This document shows positions 1 through 12,809 of a stretch of DNA of 64,000 nt, piece after piece. Numbering within the stretch: the first letter of the stretch is position 1; each line of letters starts with the position of its first letter. The translations under genes were made by a program, and so were the position numbers. Source of the stretch: Camelus ferus. Its lineage: Eukaryota. Below the pieces are notes generated by a model that searched no databases, was not told the DNA's origin, and saw only the letters and a program-made list of their open reading frames with translations. The DNA is taken from contig NC_045696.1 in assembly GCF_009834535.1 (NCBI RefSeq), positions 86,306,001 to 86,370,000 of the forward strand, read 5' to 3'.

Positions 1-376
1 CTTCAAATTTCAGTCAAGGGGGGAAATATATTGAAAATGTATTTCTGTGCCTATTAGTCCTTACAGAGTTTCAGTAGATGAGAAAATGTAATAGCTAAAG
101 TTTAGAGATTATTGGAAGATTTGTTTACTTCAGGCTCTTGTTCATCTGAACAGTTCATTCAAAGTGGAAACTAGGCAGGCAGAAAACTCCCAGTCTCCCC
201 ACATCATATGCAAGGCCCGTGATATCCATCAGAGATTTATTGAATTGTTTTGTAACTGTGTACTGATTTCCACCAAACCACCTAGAGGAAGGTCATGGAG
301 AGCAGTGTGACCTTGGTGTTATTAATTGTACCTTGTCAGGCACATGCTATTTGGACAAAATCTATTTTGTGTTCAG

Positions 377-410
377 GAAGTATTAGATAAGAAACCCCAG
401 AGTTCCCAAG
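377..410 (+). other. Candidate exon (34 nt), EVLDKKPQSSQ, ends phase 1
   Basis: Acceptor tctattttgtgttcAG at 361-376; donor AAG|GTATGA at 411; open frame; not in a recognised repeat. Confidence 0.3.
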
Positions 411-689
411 GTATGAGAGATCTGAAACTGTTTGAATAAGAGGAAGAAAACAACAGAATAAGATAACAGTACCAAGAAAACAAAATAGGCTTGGGCTACA
501 AACATTTTTAGACATTGAAAAGTATCAAGAAAGAGAACTGGAGAGAGAAGGGGAGAGGGGCTGAAATTGGGCAGCAGGGACTGAAGGAGCCAGGGAAGCA
601 GTCTCACATTATTGGTACACAGCCACACATTTTACCACCTTAGTAGGAAAATTACCTTATTTTAAAACTCAGTGTGTGTAGGGAACCAA

Positions 690-1070
690 CTCTGTCATGC
701 ACTGAGTTGATGTTATACATCAGCCAGGTTTCCCTCTTGAATTGTAGGAATCATTTCCCTAGCTGTGGGGAGTTTTGCCAGCCTATATAACTCTTTTGGA
801 AATTGCTCTGGGCTCAGAGGAACTCAAGGTCATACTACCTTCCCAGAGGCAACTGGTATCCAGGGTTGTGCTCAGCCTCCTCACCATAATGGGGCACAAC
901 TATGTATAGTTTTGATCAACTGAGGTACTAAAGCCCAGTTCATCCCTCCATTCAGTCCTGTTTCCTTCCTTTCTTTCCATACCTGTTGATTTGAAGAGAT
1001 TCCCAGTAAACTTACTGCATGTTAATCTCTGTCTCAAAGTTGGCTTCCTGGGTAACAGGACTTGCAAAAC
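690..1070 (+). mobile_element. ERVL solo LTR, LTR16-like
   Basis: 3' motifs 'cagtaaacttactgcatgttaatctctgtctcaaagttggcttcctggg' and 'ttcagtcctgtttccttcc' resemble LTR16 consensus (recalled). Confidence 0.7.
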
Positions 1071-1249
1071 CCAGGTAATTTAAATAATACCGTATTTGTA
1101 TAACATAATTTCACACAGAGAGAAGGTTCATGAACTATAGAATGAACTCTTACTGTTAACACAAATAAATTAATAATATTTTAAGTGCTAACTCTAAGCT
1201 ATTAAGTTTGGCACTAACCATATAGTCTAATATGGCCAGAGAATAGAGC

Positions 1250-1370
1250 ACCTTCAAGTTTCAGATAAGGGTGATTAACTTGGCATAAGGTTACAGACAG
1301 TTGTTGGGCTAGATTTGAACCGAAGTCCTTTAACTCTAAAATATATTGTATTTCCCATTGCATCCTGTGA
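1250..1370 (-). mobile_element. MIR SINE fragment
   Basis: 'gtgattaacttggcataaggttacagacag...gggctagatttgaaccgaagtcctttaactctaaa' MIR core pattern. Confidence 0.55.
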
Positions 1371-1553
1371 CTGTAAACTAACTTGGTAAAGATGGCTATC
1401 TGTTTATGAAAGTTAAGTTAAACATATTAAAAATTTAAACTCAAATGGTTACTTGAATACAGATGGGCTTCACTGGGCAACAATATAAACACTTACATAA
1501 CCACTAGTAAGAAAATGGGATGTAGGAATTATTTTGTTAATTTGTTTTTTCAG

Positions 1554-1635
1554 AAAGGAGGCAAATTAGTTCAAAAATCGAATTGTTAACTTCTAATTTG
1601 GCAATAGATTCTGTGATGGGTATATTGCCGTATAA
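1554..1635 (+). other. Candidate exon (82 nt), (E)RRQISSKIELLTSNLAIDSVMGILPY, phase 1 to phase 2
   Basis: Acceptor tttgttttttcAG at 1541-1553; donor AA|GTGAGT at 1636; open in the frame compatible with exon 377-410. Confidence 0.3.
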
Positions 1636-2200
1636 GTGAGTTGCAGGTGTAAGTGATTTCTCTAACAAATATAACAGTGTAGTTCCACATTTTTTCCTAA
1701 ATTAAGCTCATATTTTTTCCTTCTTCTGGATCTCAGTTACCACTCCTGAATTTAATCTGTATTCGCCTTGTTTTCATTAGTATATCATGTTCTAGGTTGG
1801 AATTCTGAATACACGAACCCTAGGCTATAGATGCCCTGCTGAATGAAACTCAGGTCAGTGGTTGCTACCAAGGCCTATAGCTCAAGATTTTGACAAGATT
1901 TCCAGTGGGGCTTTAATAGTGGTTGGAATAAGTAGCGTTCCCTACTTCATTCTGCTATGCAGTATCTCCACCATCCTTCCATCTTCTTGTGCTTAATTGT
2001 CCAAGGATCTCTGGAGTGTGTTTAATTAATTTTAGCTACTATCATGATTGTCTTTTTTGCATCATGTAAGCTATTGAATTAACATGTAATTAGGGATGTC
2101 TTCAACTTCACTCCATAAAAGTCAGGTTAATTGGAAAAGCATTCATTTCTATAGGCTAGGAATAATCACATCTCTGGGTCAGTGGCTAGATAGAAAAGGA

Positions 2201-2346
2201 TTTTTTTTTTAATGGAAGTATAGTTGATTTACAATATCATGTTAGTTTCAGGTATTCAGCATTGTGATTTGGATATATGACCTATTTTTCAGATTCTTTT
2301 CCATTATAGATTATTACAAGGTATTGAATATAGTTCCTTGTGCTAT
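2201..2346 (-). mobile_element. L1 3' end stub (L1_Art-like)
   Basis: Poly-T then 'gaagtatagttgatttacaatatcatgttagtttcagg...gaatatagttccttgtgctata'; possible TSD aagga(t/c)ttttt on both sides. Confidence 0.85.
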
Positions 2347-2714
2347 AAGGACTTTTTAAAGGGTGCTTCAGTTTATACTGAAGCTGACTTCTTGAATATT
2401 TTACTTGTACAATGTAAAAATGCAAATAAAATATGTATTCAGTTACTTTTTGTCAAAGCAATTGTCCTTCTTGAAAAGTAGATACTAAAAAGATGTAAGT
2501 AGGAAAGTACATCGTAAAGAGCCCCATGCAAGTATTTACAGTCCAGCTGAATTATTCTGCTTTGGCCTATTCTAGACAGATGATATGTTTCTCAGAGACA
2601 ATTCATCACTACCATCATTAGTTATAAAATTAAAGTAGTAGATGTTAGAGTCATGCTGGCTTACCTACATTCCTACTCAGAATTCAGCAAAGGATTTGAC
2701 AGCAGAAAGAACCA

Positions 2715-3010
2715 TTTAATTCATTCCACAAGTACTCACTGAGCATTTGCGGTAAGGGCTAAAATGGAGTCTGTGGCAGATATGAAGATGAAACAGGTAA
2801 AGGCACTTTGTTTATTGAATTTAGGAGAAATAATAAACCTGCACAAATGCACGTAACGAGATGCAACATACTGAGTGTCGTGAGAAATGCTGGTCTTCTA
2901 GGTCACTGGAGTGCCTGGGAACTTGATCAGTGAATCCAGCCTTCTCATTTCACAGATTAGAAGAAAGACGATTGGAAAAGATACGGAGTTCCCTAAAGCA
3001 CCTAGCCCAT
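2715..3010. mobile_element. L2 3' end and MIR fragments
   Basis: 'ttcattccacaagtactcactgagcattt' (L2 tail) and 'cttctcatttcacagattagaagaaa' (MIR core). Confidence 0.5.
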
Positions 3011-3539
3011 TGAACAAGTTTCCACGTTATTTGAGCAAGACTAAAATTTATGAATTCATTTCTTGTTCTATCTAGTAATAAGTGTGTATTATGAATGATT
3101 AAAATTCTTTGTGTAGCATGTGATTATGGAGAAGCTTCTCATATGAATGGGGACTGGGCTTAAACTTCACTAGTATGGTCCCTCAACCATCTGATTTTAC
3201 CTGAAGGTAACAGCTTTTATTGTTTTCTAAAGCCTCAGAGTTTAATAGGAAGCAATTGTGTCATTAATCTTCTTTTGGGTCAGAAAAAAAAGAGAAATAT
3301 ACACCCATGTACCTGCAGGGGCTAAATTCAGTCATGGATGAAAGTACATGTCAGTAATAACATTTATGTTGTGGTTTTTACTTCTTTAAAGTTATGATAA
3401 ATTGAGTGGTTTAGTGGGAGAAAGTATAGATCATTTTCTGAGGTCCTGAGTTCAGCCATGTACTGTTGTATTACTATATATGTGATTACACACAGGCTCT
3501 ATTATTGTATGTGAGGTAAGCAGCTTTTACAGCCAACAA

Positions 3540-6155
3540 TTTTTTTTTTTATTGAGTTATATCGTGAGTTTACAATGTGTCAGTTTCTGGTGTACAGTAT
3601 AATTTTTCAGTCATACATAAATATACATACATTCATTTTCATATTCTTTTTCACCATGAGCTACTATAAGATCTTGAATATAGTTCCCTGTGCTATACAG
3701 TATAAACTTGTTTATCTATTCTAGATATACCTGTCAGTATCTATATATCTTGAACTCCCAGTCTGTCCCTTCCCAACTCCCTCCCCTTTGGCAACCACAA
3801 GTTTGTATTCTGTGTCTGTGAGTCTGTTTCTGTTTTATATTTAAATTCGTTTGTCTTTTTTTTTTTTTTTAAGATTCCACATATGAGTGATATCATATGT
3901 TGTTTTTCTTTCTCTTTCTGGCTAACTTCACTTAGAATAACATTCTCCAGGAACATCCATGTTGCTGCAAATGGCATTATGTTGTCATTTTTATGGCTGA
4001 ATAGTATTCCATTCTATAAAGATACCACAACTTCTTTATCCAGTCATCTGTCAATGGACATTTAGGTTGTTTATGTCTTGGCTATTGTAAATAGTGCTGC
4101 TATGAACAGTGGGGTGCAGATGTCTTTTTGAATTAGGGTTCTTTCTGGATATATGTCCAGGAGTGGGATGGCTGTGTTATATGGTAAGTCTATTTTTAGT
4201 CTTTTGAGGAATCTCCATACTGTTTTCCATAATGGCTGCACCAAACTGCATTCCCACCAACAGTGTAGAAGGGTTCCCTTTTCTCCACACCCTCTCCAGC
4301 ATTTATCATTTGTGGACTTTTGAATGATGGCCATTCTGACTGGTGTAAGGTGATACCTCATTGTAGTTTTGATTTGCATTTCTCTGATAATTAGTGATAT
4401 TGGTTATTCATATGGTCATTGTTCATTCATCTGTCTATTGGTCATTCATATGTCTTCCTTGGAGAATTGCTTGTTTAGGTCTTCTGCCCATTTTTGGATT
4501 GGGTTGTTTGTTTTCTTCTCATTAAGTTGTATGAGCTGTTTATATATTCTGGAGATCAAGCCTTTGTCTGTTTCATCTTTTGCAAGTATTTTCTCCCATT
4601 CTGTAGGTTGTCATTTTGTTTTGCTTATGGTTTCCTTTGCTGTGCAAAGGTTTGTAAGTTTAATTAGGTCCAATTTGTTTATTTTTTCTTTTATTTCTTT
4701 TTCTTGGGTAGACTGCCCTAAGAGAACATTGCTGAGATGTATATGAGATGTTTTGCCTGTTTTCTTCTAGGAGGTTTATTGTGTCTTGTCTTATGTTTAA
4801 GTCTTTAATCCATTTTGAGTTTATTTTTGTGTATGGTGTGAGGGAATATTCTTGCTTCATTGATTTACATGCTGCTGTCCAGTTTTCCCAGCAGCATTTG
4901 CTGAAGAGAATGCCTTTATTCCATTGTATGTTCTTGCCTCCTTTGTCTAAGATTAATTGACCAAAAGTTTGTGGGTTCACTTCCAGGCTCTCTATTCTGT
5001 TCCGTTGATCCATATGTCTGTTTTTATACCAATACCATGCTGTTTTGATTACTGTAGCTCTGTAGTATTGTCTGAAGTCTGGGAGGGTTATTACTCCAGC
5101 CGCTCTGTTTCTTCAGTAATGCTTTGGCAATTCTGGGTCTTTGGTGATTCCATACAGATTTTATTATGATTTGTTCTAGTTCTGTGAAATAGGTCCTGGG
5201 TAATTTGATAGAGATTGCATTAAATCTGTAGATTGCCTTAGGCAGCATGACCATTTTAACGATATTGATTCTTCTAATCCAGGAGCATGGGATATCTTTC
5301 CATTTTTTTAAGTCTTCAGTTTCCTTAATGAATGTTTTGTAGTTCTCCATGTATAAGTCTTTCACCGCTTTGGTTAGATTTATTCCTAGGTATTTTATTG
5401 CTATAGGTGCTACTTTAAAAGGATTGTTTCTTTACTTTCTTTTCCTGTTGATTCATCATTAGTGTAGAGAAATACAACTGATTCTTGTACATTAATCTTG
5501 TATCCTGCTGTCTTGCTGAATTCTTCTAATTCAAATAGTTTTTTATGTGGAACTTATAGGGTTTTCTATACATAGTATCATGTCATCTGCATATAGTGAT
5601 AATTTACCTCTTCTTTTCCAATTTGGATCCCTTTTATTTATTTTTCTTGCCTGATTTCTGTGGCTAGGACTTCCAAGACTATGTTGAATAGGAGTGGTGA
5701 GAGTAGACAGCCTTGTTTTGTCCCAGATTTTAGTTGGAAGTTTTTCAGTTTTTCACTGTTGAATACTATGCTGGCTGTAGGTTTGTCATAAATAGCTTTT
5801 ATTATGTTCAGATATGTTCCCTCTATACCCACTTTGGTGAGATGTTTTATCATAAATGGGTGCTGAATTTTATCACATGCTTTTTCTGCATCTATCGAGA
5901 TAATCATATGGGTTTTGTTCTTTCTCTTGTTGATATGGTGTATTATGTTGACCGATTTGTGTATGTTGAAACATCCTTGTGTTCCTGGGATGAACCCAAT
6001 TTGATCATGGTATATGATCTTTTTTATGTGCTGTTGGATTTTGTATGCTAATATTTTGTTGAGGGTTTTTGCATCTATGTTCATCAGTGATATTGGTCTG
6101 TAATTTTCTTCTTTGGTAGTGTCTTTGTCTGGTTTTGGTATCGGGGTGATGGTGA
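3540..6155 (-). mobile_element. 5'-truncated LINE-1, ORF2 RT to C-terminus plus 3' UTR, frameshifted
   Basis: ORFs 5638-6162 ([32 protein letters not shown]), 5024-5365, 4660-5013, 4071-4379 ([18 protein letters not shown]); poly-T at 3540-3550; approximate TSD acagcca(a)caa at both ends. Confidence 0.97.
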
Positions 6156-6744
6156 CAGCCACAAAATATTATAACTCAACACAATACACACATATTTTTT
6201 GCTCATAGCAGTGTAGATAGATTCCAGATCTAGATGGAGATGAAGACTAGTTGTGATGGGTGTGCTCTGTTCCATGAAGGTGTTGAAGGACCCAGGCTAT
6301 TCTGCAGTCTTTAGCATGTGGCTTCCAAGATAACCATAAGCATTGTAATTACAGTCACCTGCAGAGGAGGAAAATGGTGTGGTCTGAAAGTTGCACAATG
6401 ATTTTGTTCACATCCCATTGGCTAGAACTTAGTCACATGGCAACACCTAAATGCAAGAGAATGCAGAAAAAGTAGTAAGCTATTTGTCAAGGGAAAGGGC
6501 AGGATGGATTTAAAGGCCAGTGAGCACTCTTTATCACAGTCTGACATCTTTTCTATCAGATATCCATGTCACCCTTTTCCCCACATGTAGAACCCATTCA
6601 GTCCCTCCCAAACATGGCAACCTAAATCCCCATCCAGCTACTGCATCAAGATCAAAGTTCACGCTTTGTGGTCTAGATACATATTCTTATAATCCAGTAA
6701 TTTATACACTTATAAATGATTATCTCTTGTTCCTCCAACTACAA

Positions 6745-6785
6745 GCACGTGTGTGTGCGCGCACGCACACACACACACACACACA
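6745..6785. repeat. Compound (GT)(GC)(CA) microsatellite
   Basis: gcacgtgtgtgtgcgcgcacgcacacacacacacacacaca, alternating purine/pyrimidine. Confidence 0.9.
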
Positions 6786-7338
6786 ATAATTGTGGCAGAG
6801 AGAACAGATACTTACATTACAAACCTGTTCAGAAGAAGAGAAAAGCAGTGTGGCTATTGTTCCATAGGAGTGATGGTGTCTTCTTGAGTTAGCACTGTGA
6901 AGACTCCTTTACTGGCAGTGGATCTAGTCTCAGGGGTGAACTTCCATTCATTTTCCATGGCCCCTAGCTCCAGCCTGTGGAAAGTCCTTTCTTACTTCTT
7001 ATCCACCATGGCCACAGCTGATCAGGATTATGGCAAGTATGTCCTCCATTAGTATTGTGCAGCTTTAATAGCCCTATTTTCTGCTGCTATAAGTTTGTGG
7101 CTCAAGGGTTACTGCCTGGCTCAGAGTTGAATCCTTCCTGAGGCCAGACTCATGATTTCTTTGGTAAAAAAAACTTTCCAGTAGATGTTTAACACTTCAG
7201 CACTACCACATTTCCTCAAATACATCTTTTTTCACATCATAATTATATGTGCCATAGTTTACTTATCACTCTAAATGCTTACTTGACATGCTCTGAAAGA
7301 GACCTTTTGGTCTTAGACATAGATATTTAATCCTAGTT

Positions 7339-7516
7339 CATGGGTTCTTAAACTTTATCCTCTATCAGAATCACCTGGATACCTTGTTAGAACATAGATT
7401 GCTGGGTTCCACCCCAAGTTTTTGATTCAGTAGGTTTCGGGGGACCTGAGGATGTGAATAAGCCTCAGATGATGTGTATATAGCTGTTTCAGGAATTGCA
7501 CTTTGAGAACCATTGT
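7339..7516. mobile_element. MER5A-like hAT-Charlie MITE
   Basis: 'ggttcttaaactt...atcagaatcacctgga...cagtaggt...cactttgagaaccattg' terminal and internal motifs. Confidence 0.8.
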
Positions 7517-9139
7517 TATTGTCATTCCCGTGCATATGAAGAAAAAGAAAACATAAGCAAACACATAGGTTAAAATATTCTTTTGTTTGCCTTCACATGC
7601 AGAGCTCAACTTTTATAACTATTTCTCTGTTCAGAGTCATAAATAGTAATGTTTTTCAACACAGTGATATCCTCTGTGTTATAAGGAGCACTGGAAATGA
7701 AATTTGTGAAATAATTTAAATCCATTGGTACTGGTTCTTTATATTTAAGTGCAGCTAGTCTACACCTCCCACTTTAGGAATGTTTATTTACCACTTCTCT
7801 CTCCCTCTATAAAAAAGCAAACAAAAACCCAAAAAACACTTCGAGCTGTTTAAAGAGCTTCCTACTGTTTATACCCATATTATTTTAGTAATTATAAAAC
7901 CTATCAATTTTATGATAATTCTCTATTTCATATATGTTAAAATATGAAAAAAAGGACAGTTAGAATCAAGACATGATATTTGGATATTTGCTGTGCCAAA
8001 TAACCACAACCCAGATCCTTTACTATGTAATTCTTAAATCTGCTTTATTCCCTCACCAGCCCTATTTGATGTTGTCTATGCTAAATCCATCTGAAACAAT
8101 AGATTTGTTAGGTAGCAACACCCTTAATCTGGTTTTGCCAAAAAGGCTGAGTCTTTGTTAATTGAGAGGTGTTGATCCTTTGTCTTTCTAAACACATTTT
8201 AATCCTACTTTCTACTGTTTATGGTCTAGAAGCACTTGGCTTCTACAGTACTGTTGTGTTCCTTATTCCCTGCTTAGGAATAAGCCATTTATTTCTGAGC
8301 TCATTTATTTTTCTGTAATAACCTGCTAAAAACAACAAGTAACTGTAGATACAAATAGATATTCTAGCATTTTCCAACTCCTTAGTGTGGAGATATAGGA
8401 GTGGTTCATGATCTGTCTTCCATCTTTTAACAGGTGACCTTTTTACCAAATATTCTGCCACACCATAACATAGCTCTCAGTTTTTCAAATTGGCAATATC
8501 CTTTAATCCCAACTGTCAGATTGCTAATTCAATGCCATATATTTTAGTTTTTGGTTAGAGAATTACTTTACTATAGGGTACTAATGGGTGTATTAGAAAG
8601 CACTGAATTGTTCTTAATCAGCTTAAATGATGGCTTAATATAGTAAATATTTATTCTTTGCTCATAAGAGTCAAGATGGTTTCAGATTGGCTGGGCTAGG
8701 TACAAGGTGGAGGCTGGGGTAGTAGGCTCTGCTCGAAGTGATTCAGTGACCTAAGATGATGGAGACTCTATTTAATCTCTGAAATGTAGGTGGAGAACCA
8801 TGTTGGGCATTCCCATTCAAGCCAGCTGAATGAGGATAAGAATATGGAGAACCAGGGATGGGAAGTTTTATGGAATTTGCATACGTAATTTCCATTCATT
8901 GCTTGGAATTCAGTCAAATTAGATTGTAAGGAAGCCTGTGATATGAAATCTGTGTTCCCAATAGGAAGGAGAGAACAGAATTCAATGGACACCCACCAGC
9001 CTTTACAAAGCTATATAATTTTGACATCTATTATTTAAATCTCAGATTTTAAGAAAATGGGATTTTTATCCCAGTGTAACTTTTACAGTTGTGAGGATTA
9101 AAAATGTTAATAAAAAGGACAAGTTATCTTTGATGTCTG

Positions 9140-10715
9140 ATTAATTTTAAACTCTTAAATGTTTTTCCAGTAGTTATTGAAATGGAGATTCACAGTTATC
9201 CAATTGCAAAGAAGTTATAACTCCATTAGTTGTTTAGTAGATTAGTGTGATCTCTTGTCCAGAAACACCAAAGTTCTCTGAGAATGTTGAATAGGACCCT
9301 CTGTTTTATTATTTATTTACTGTTTCAAATCAATGAGATTATCCCTGGCGAGATATGAAAATTCTTTATCTCTTTCAACAATATATTAAAAATTATACAA
9401 CCAGATATGTTTTTGAAGTTTGCCAAGAATTCTGTAGTGTCTCCACTTCTGCAAGTTTTCTGTTTTCAGAGAAATGGACAAGCATTTATCTTTTTCAAAT
9501 CCAGCCAGCAAAAGTATTTCCCTCAGCACTGGAAGATGTTCATTGATGATCGGGCCCTTATTCCAGAATGGCAGAACTTACAATGGTGACTTTTAAGATC
9601 TTGGATTGAAAGATGTAACTTGTTATATCAATAGAAATACCTTCCAATTAATTTAAATGTCAGGTATCCATTTGACATGAAATATTCTAGTACCAAATGT
9701 TTAATTTTCTAACCTGAGATTTCCTTTTACTCAAAAAAGATAAAATATCTGTGCAAAAGTTGAGTCAGAAGTGCTCCAGCACGAACCCTGAAATCCGGCA
9801 GTCATCTCTCTAACCTACAGGTACCTGTTCTGCTTACATTGCTTAACAAAACGTCTTGAAACAGCATGGTTCAAAGTCTTAGCTAAGATGAAACAGACAA
9901 TAATCTGTTCAGTATTTTTGAGAGTCTTTGACACCAGCAAATTCCCATAAAGAAAACAATGAGTCCCAGTCATGTACAAAGATTCTTTCTGATCCAAGCA
10001 GCAAAATTCAGGTATTCCCAAGCAATAGCGATGCTCAACCTTTACAAAGAATATCAAGATTTACTTTGCCTTTGAAATTTTTCCTGCCAAAGACATAGTT
10101 CACTATTTTGAAGACTCAGATGTCCTTTAACATTTGTATGAATAGCTGTTAACAGTAGGATTTCCCGCCTCATGTGATGCAGTGGACCAAAAAGAGGCCA
10201 AAACCCAAATCCAGCTGCAATGTCAGACATCAGTTGTTTCATCTAGTTGTATATGAAAGGCAGATCTAGTGGCTGCCAGGAACTACTTCAAAATTTTAAA
10301 AGAAATGGTATCTGTTTTGAAGTGAACAATGCCATTGGTGGAATCACTGAAGCGATGACTCTATTCTAAGATAACAAAACATACATGAGATTCAAAATTT
10401 CTTTTCTCTAAGTCAATTAATGTTTTCTTCTGCTTTGAAATGTAGAAAGCAGTTTTACCCTTCTGTTCAAGGTTTTTATGTTGGTGACACAATCAAGATT
10501 ATTTTTTAAGTTCTAACATTTGAAAAACAAATCATGTGTTTATGATGAACCATTGATGCAGCTTTGAGATAGACAGTAGGTGATTTTTGTCTGCTTATGT
10601 TACCGAGAGTTTCACGACACAAGAATGATTGGGCCTTATAGGTCTCATTATGTCAGTGCTGAAAATAAAATGAAAGTGTAACTATCGGATTTTCCATTTT
10701 TGACATTTGCCTTCT
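9140..10715 (-). pseudogene. Fossil hAT/Charlie transposase (ZBED5/FAM200/SCAND3-type), nearly full length, disrupted
   Basis: Manual minus-strand translation: BED-like remnant AQSFLCRETLGN (~10600-10635), FHIQLDETTDV (10226-10258), GTHCFLY...VCFILAKTLN (ORF 9815-10057), CESPF (9180-9194), in the expected order, with stops and frameshifts. Confidence 0.8.
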
Positions 10716-11812
10716 TGTATCAGGAACTGATAAAAGAAACAACAGATATGCATGTCAGTGAAGCACTACATTTTCTTTAATTTCTATCAATAAGAAACTC
10801 TTTGAGCATAGTGTATATCATATGCTACCTTAAAATAGTTTGACATAAAATAACTTCATAATCTGACATATACATATTTATATTTATGCAGAAAATTACC
10901 AAAGGAGAGAGAAAAATTACTTTGTGACTTTCATGTAGAAACAAAACTAATACAAATAGAAATTTTATCATTTGTACTGCAGAAAACTATCAAAATCATA
11001 AATTTTAAGGACTTATATTTTCTTAAGGAAATTGAGACATTTCTTTAAAATAGCTAAAATATAGCAGTAGGAAGTCTTACATGTTATAAAAATTACTTTT
11101 TTATCTTAATGAATAAGTAAGTATCAAAAGTACAGACATTGAAAAAGATAACATTTGATAATTCTCTTAGGCCATTTGAGATTCCTCAGAATAACGATGA
11201 TTATACAGTTTTTAGAAAGTGCTTCCATCAAATACTTTGTTGTTGCTTTATCAGCTTTTACTTTTACACGTGGCATTTCTTCAATCGCTAATGTGCTTTT
11301 GGCAAATATGTATAAATGATTTTCTTTAATGGCATGAGTATTGGGATTTTAATATTCCAGAACTAGTTTGAGTATTTCCTTTACAGACTATTATTGCACT
11401 ATCACTTAGAGAGAAATCTCTTTTCTAGGATTTATAAATGTAGCTTATCTTGATGACTCCTTTACATATTATAGAAAAGGATGAATGTAGGAATGCTAGT
11501 AATTAAATCCATATCCTTTAGTTTTAATTTGATGAGATATTTATTATATAAACCCATGGGTCTCTTTTCTTCCATCTCTAGTAGTACACTGTTGGGACCA
11601 ACATATTCACAGAAGATACATTTAATGAGCGCATTTATTTGATACTTATTTTAATTACTTTGTTGTCATTTGTCATCCTTGGGTCCTGAATCCTTTAGGA
11701 CTATTACATCTTCCAAAATGTTAATAATTTTGCAACTACTTAATTTTCAATTTAATATAAAAGATAAATATGTAGTATGTTTACATATGAGTCATTACTG
11801 GTACTCAAATTA

Positions 11813-12247
11813 CAGTCATACCTCACTTTATTGTGCTTCACTTTACTGCACTTTGTAGATACTGCATTTTTTAAAGATTAAAGGCTTGTGGCAGCTGTGT
11901 TGAGCAAGTCTGTAGGCATCATTTTGCTAATAAGAGTGTTTGTTCACTTCATGTCTCTGTGTTACATTTTGGTAGTTTTCACAGTAATTGAAGCCCTCCA
12001 GTAGCAAGAAGTTTAGAATTGCTGAAGACTCAGGTGACGGTTAGCATTTTTTAGCAATGAAGTATTTTTTAATTAAGGTATATGTATTTTTTTATGAAAC
12101 ATTATGAACTGATACTAGACTACAGTATAGAGTAAATACAACTTTTATATGCACTGAGAAACCAAAAAAGTTGTGGGACTAACTTTATTGTGATACTTGA
12201 CTGCAGTGGTCTGGAACTGAGCCTGCAGTATCTCTGAGGTGTCCCAG
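11813..12247 (+). mobile_element. Internally deleted Tigger1 derivative (TcMar-Tigger MITE)
   Basis: TIR cagtcatacctc...gaggtgtcccag flanked by TA; left end matches Tigger1 5' (ttattgtgcttcacttt), right end matches Tigger1 3' (gtggtctggaactgagcctgcagtatctc). Confidence 0.88.
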
Positions 12248-12249
12248 TA

Positions 12250-12560
12250 TAGACTTGGTGTAAATAAGGCAGCTTAATTACAATGGAGTGACTACATGGT
12301 TTGAAGTTATAGAGCTTGGGCCTAAATCCCTTGCTAATTCTTGCAGCTCCAGGCAAATATATATATATTTCAGAAAAATATATCAGGGAAATTAATGAAC
12401 CATTATGTCAGGTAGACTTAAGTCCAAGTTCCATTTTTTCCAACTCATGAGTAACAATGATTTGGGGAATTTTTATAAACTACTCAGAAGTTCACTTTCT
12501 CTGTCTCCAAATGGGGAATAATAATATACATATTATACTGAAAATGAATGTAGATAGGCA
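12250..12560 (+). mobile_element. MIR fragments
   Basis: 'ttcactttctctgtctccaaatggggaataataata' MIR core. Confidence 0.5.
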
Positions 12561-12809
12561 TAAATGAACTTTCAAACAGTGGAAACCCAAAGAACTCTCA
12601 ACAAATGCTTCTTCCATCAGTCAACTCTGTGCTTTGAATCTCTGTAAAGAATGTATTATGAACCTTTGTAATTTAGAGGATTAAGTTAATTTCTGCAGAA
12701 CATCTAGAATTGTAATATATTTTTATAGGAGCTGAATACTTTCTATTTTGTTTTAAAGGACGTTTTCATAGCAAAAATCAGATACCTAATCTGACTGAAA
12801 CATAATTCC

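Larger units (their letters stand above)
3506..9007 (-). mobile_element. Ancient MaLR element (MLT1J/K/L-like), LTR-internal-LTR, interrupted by L1 and MER5
   Basis: LTR copy 1 at ~3506-3539 plus 6156-6538 ('cacatcccattggctagaacttagtcacatggcaacacctaaatgcaag'); related LTR copy 2 at ~8588-9007; intervening sequence resembles MLT1-int. Confidence 0.65.
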
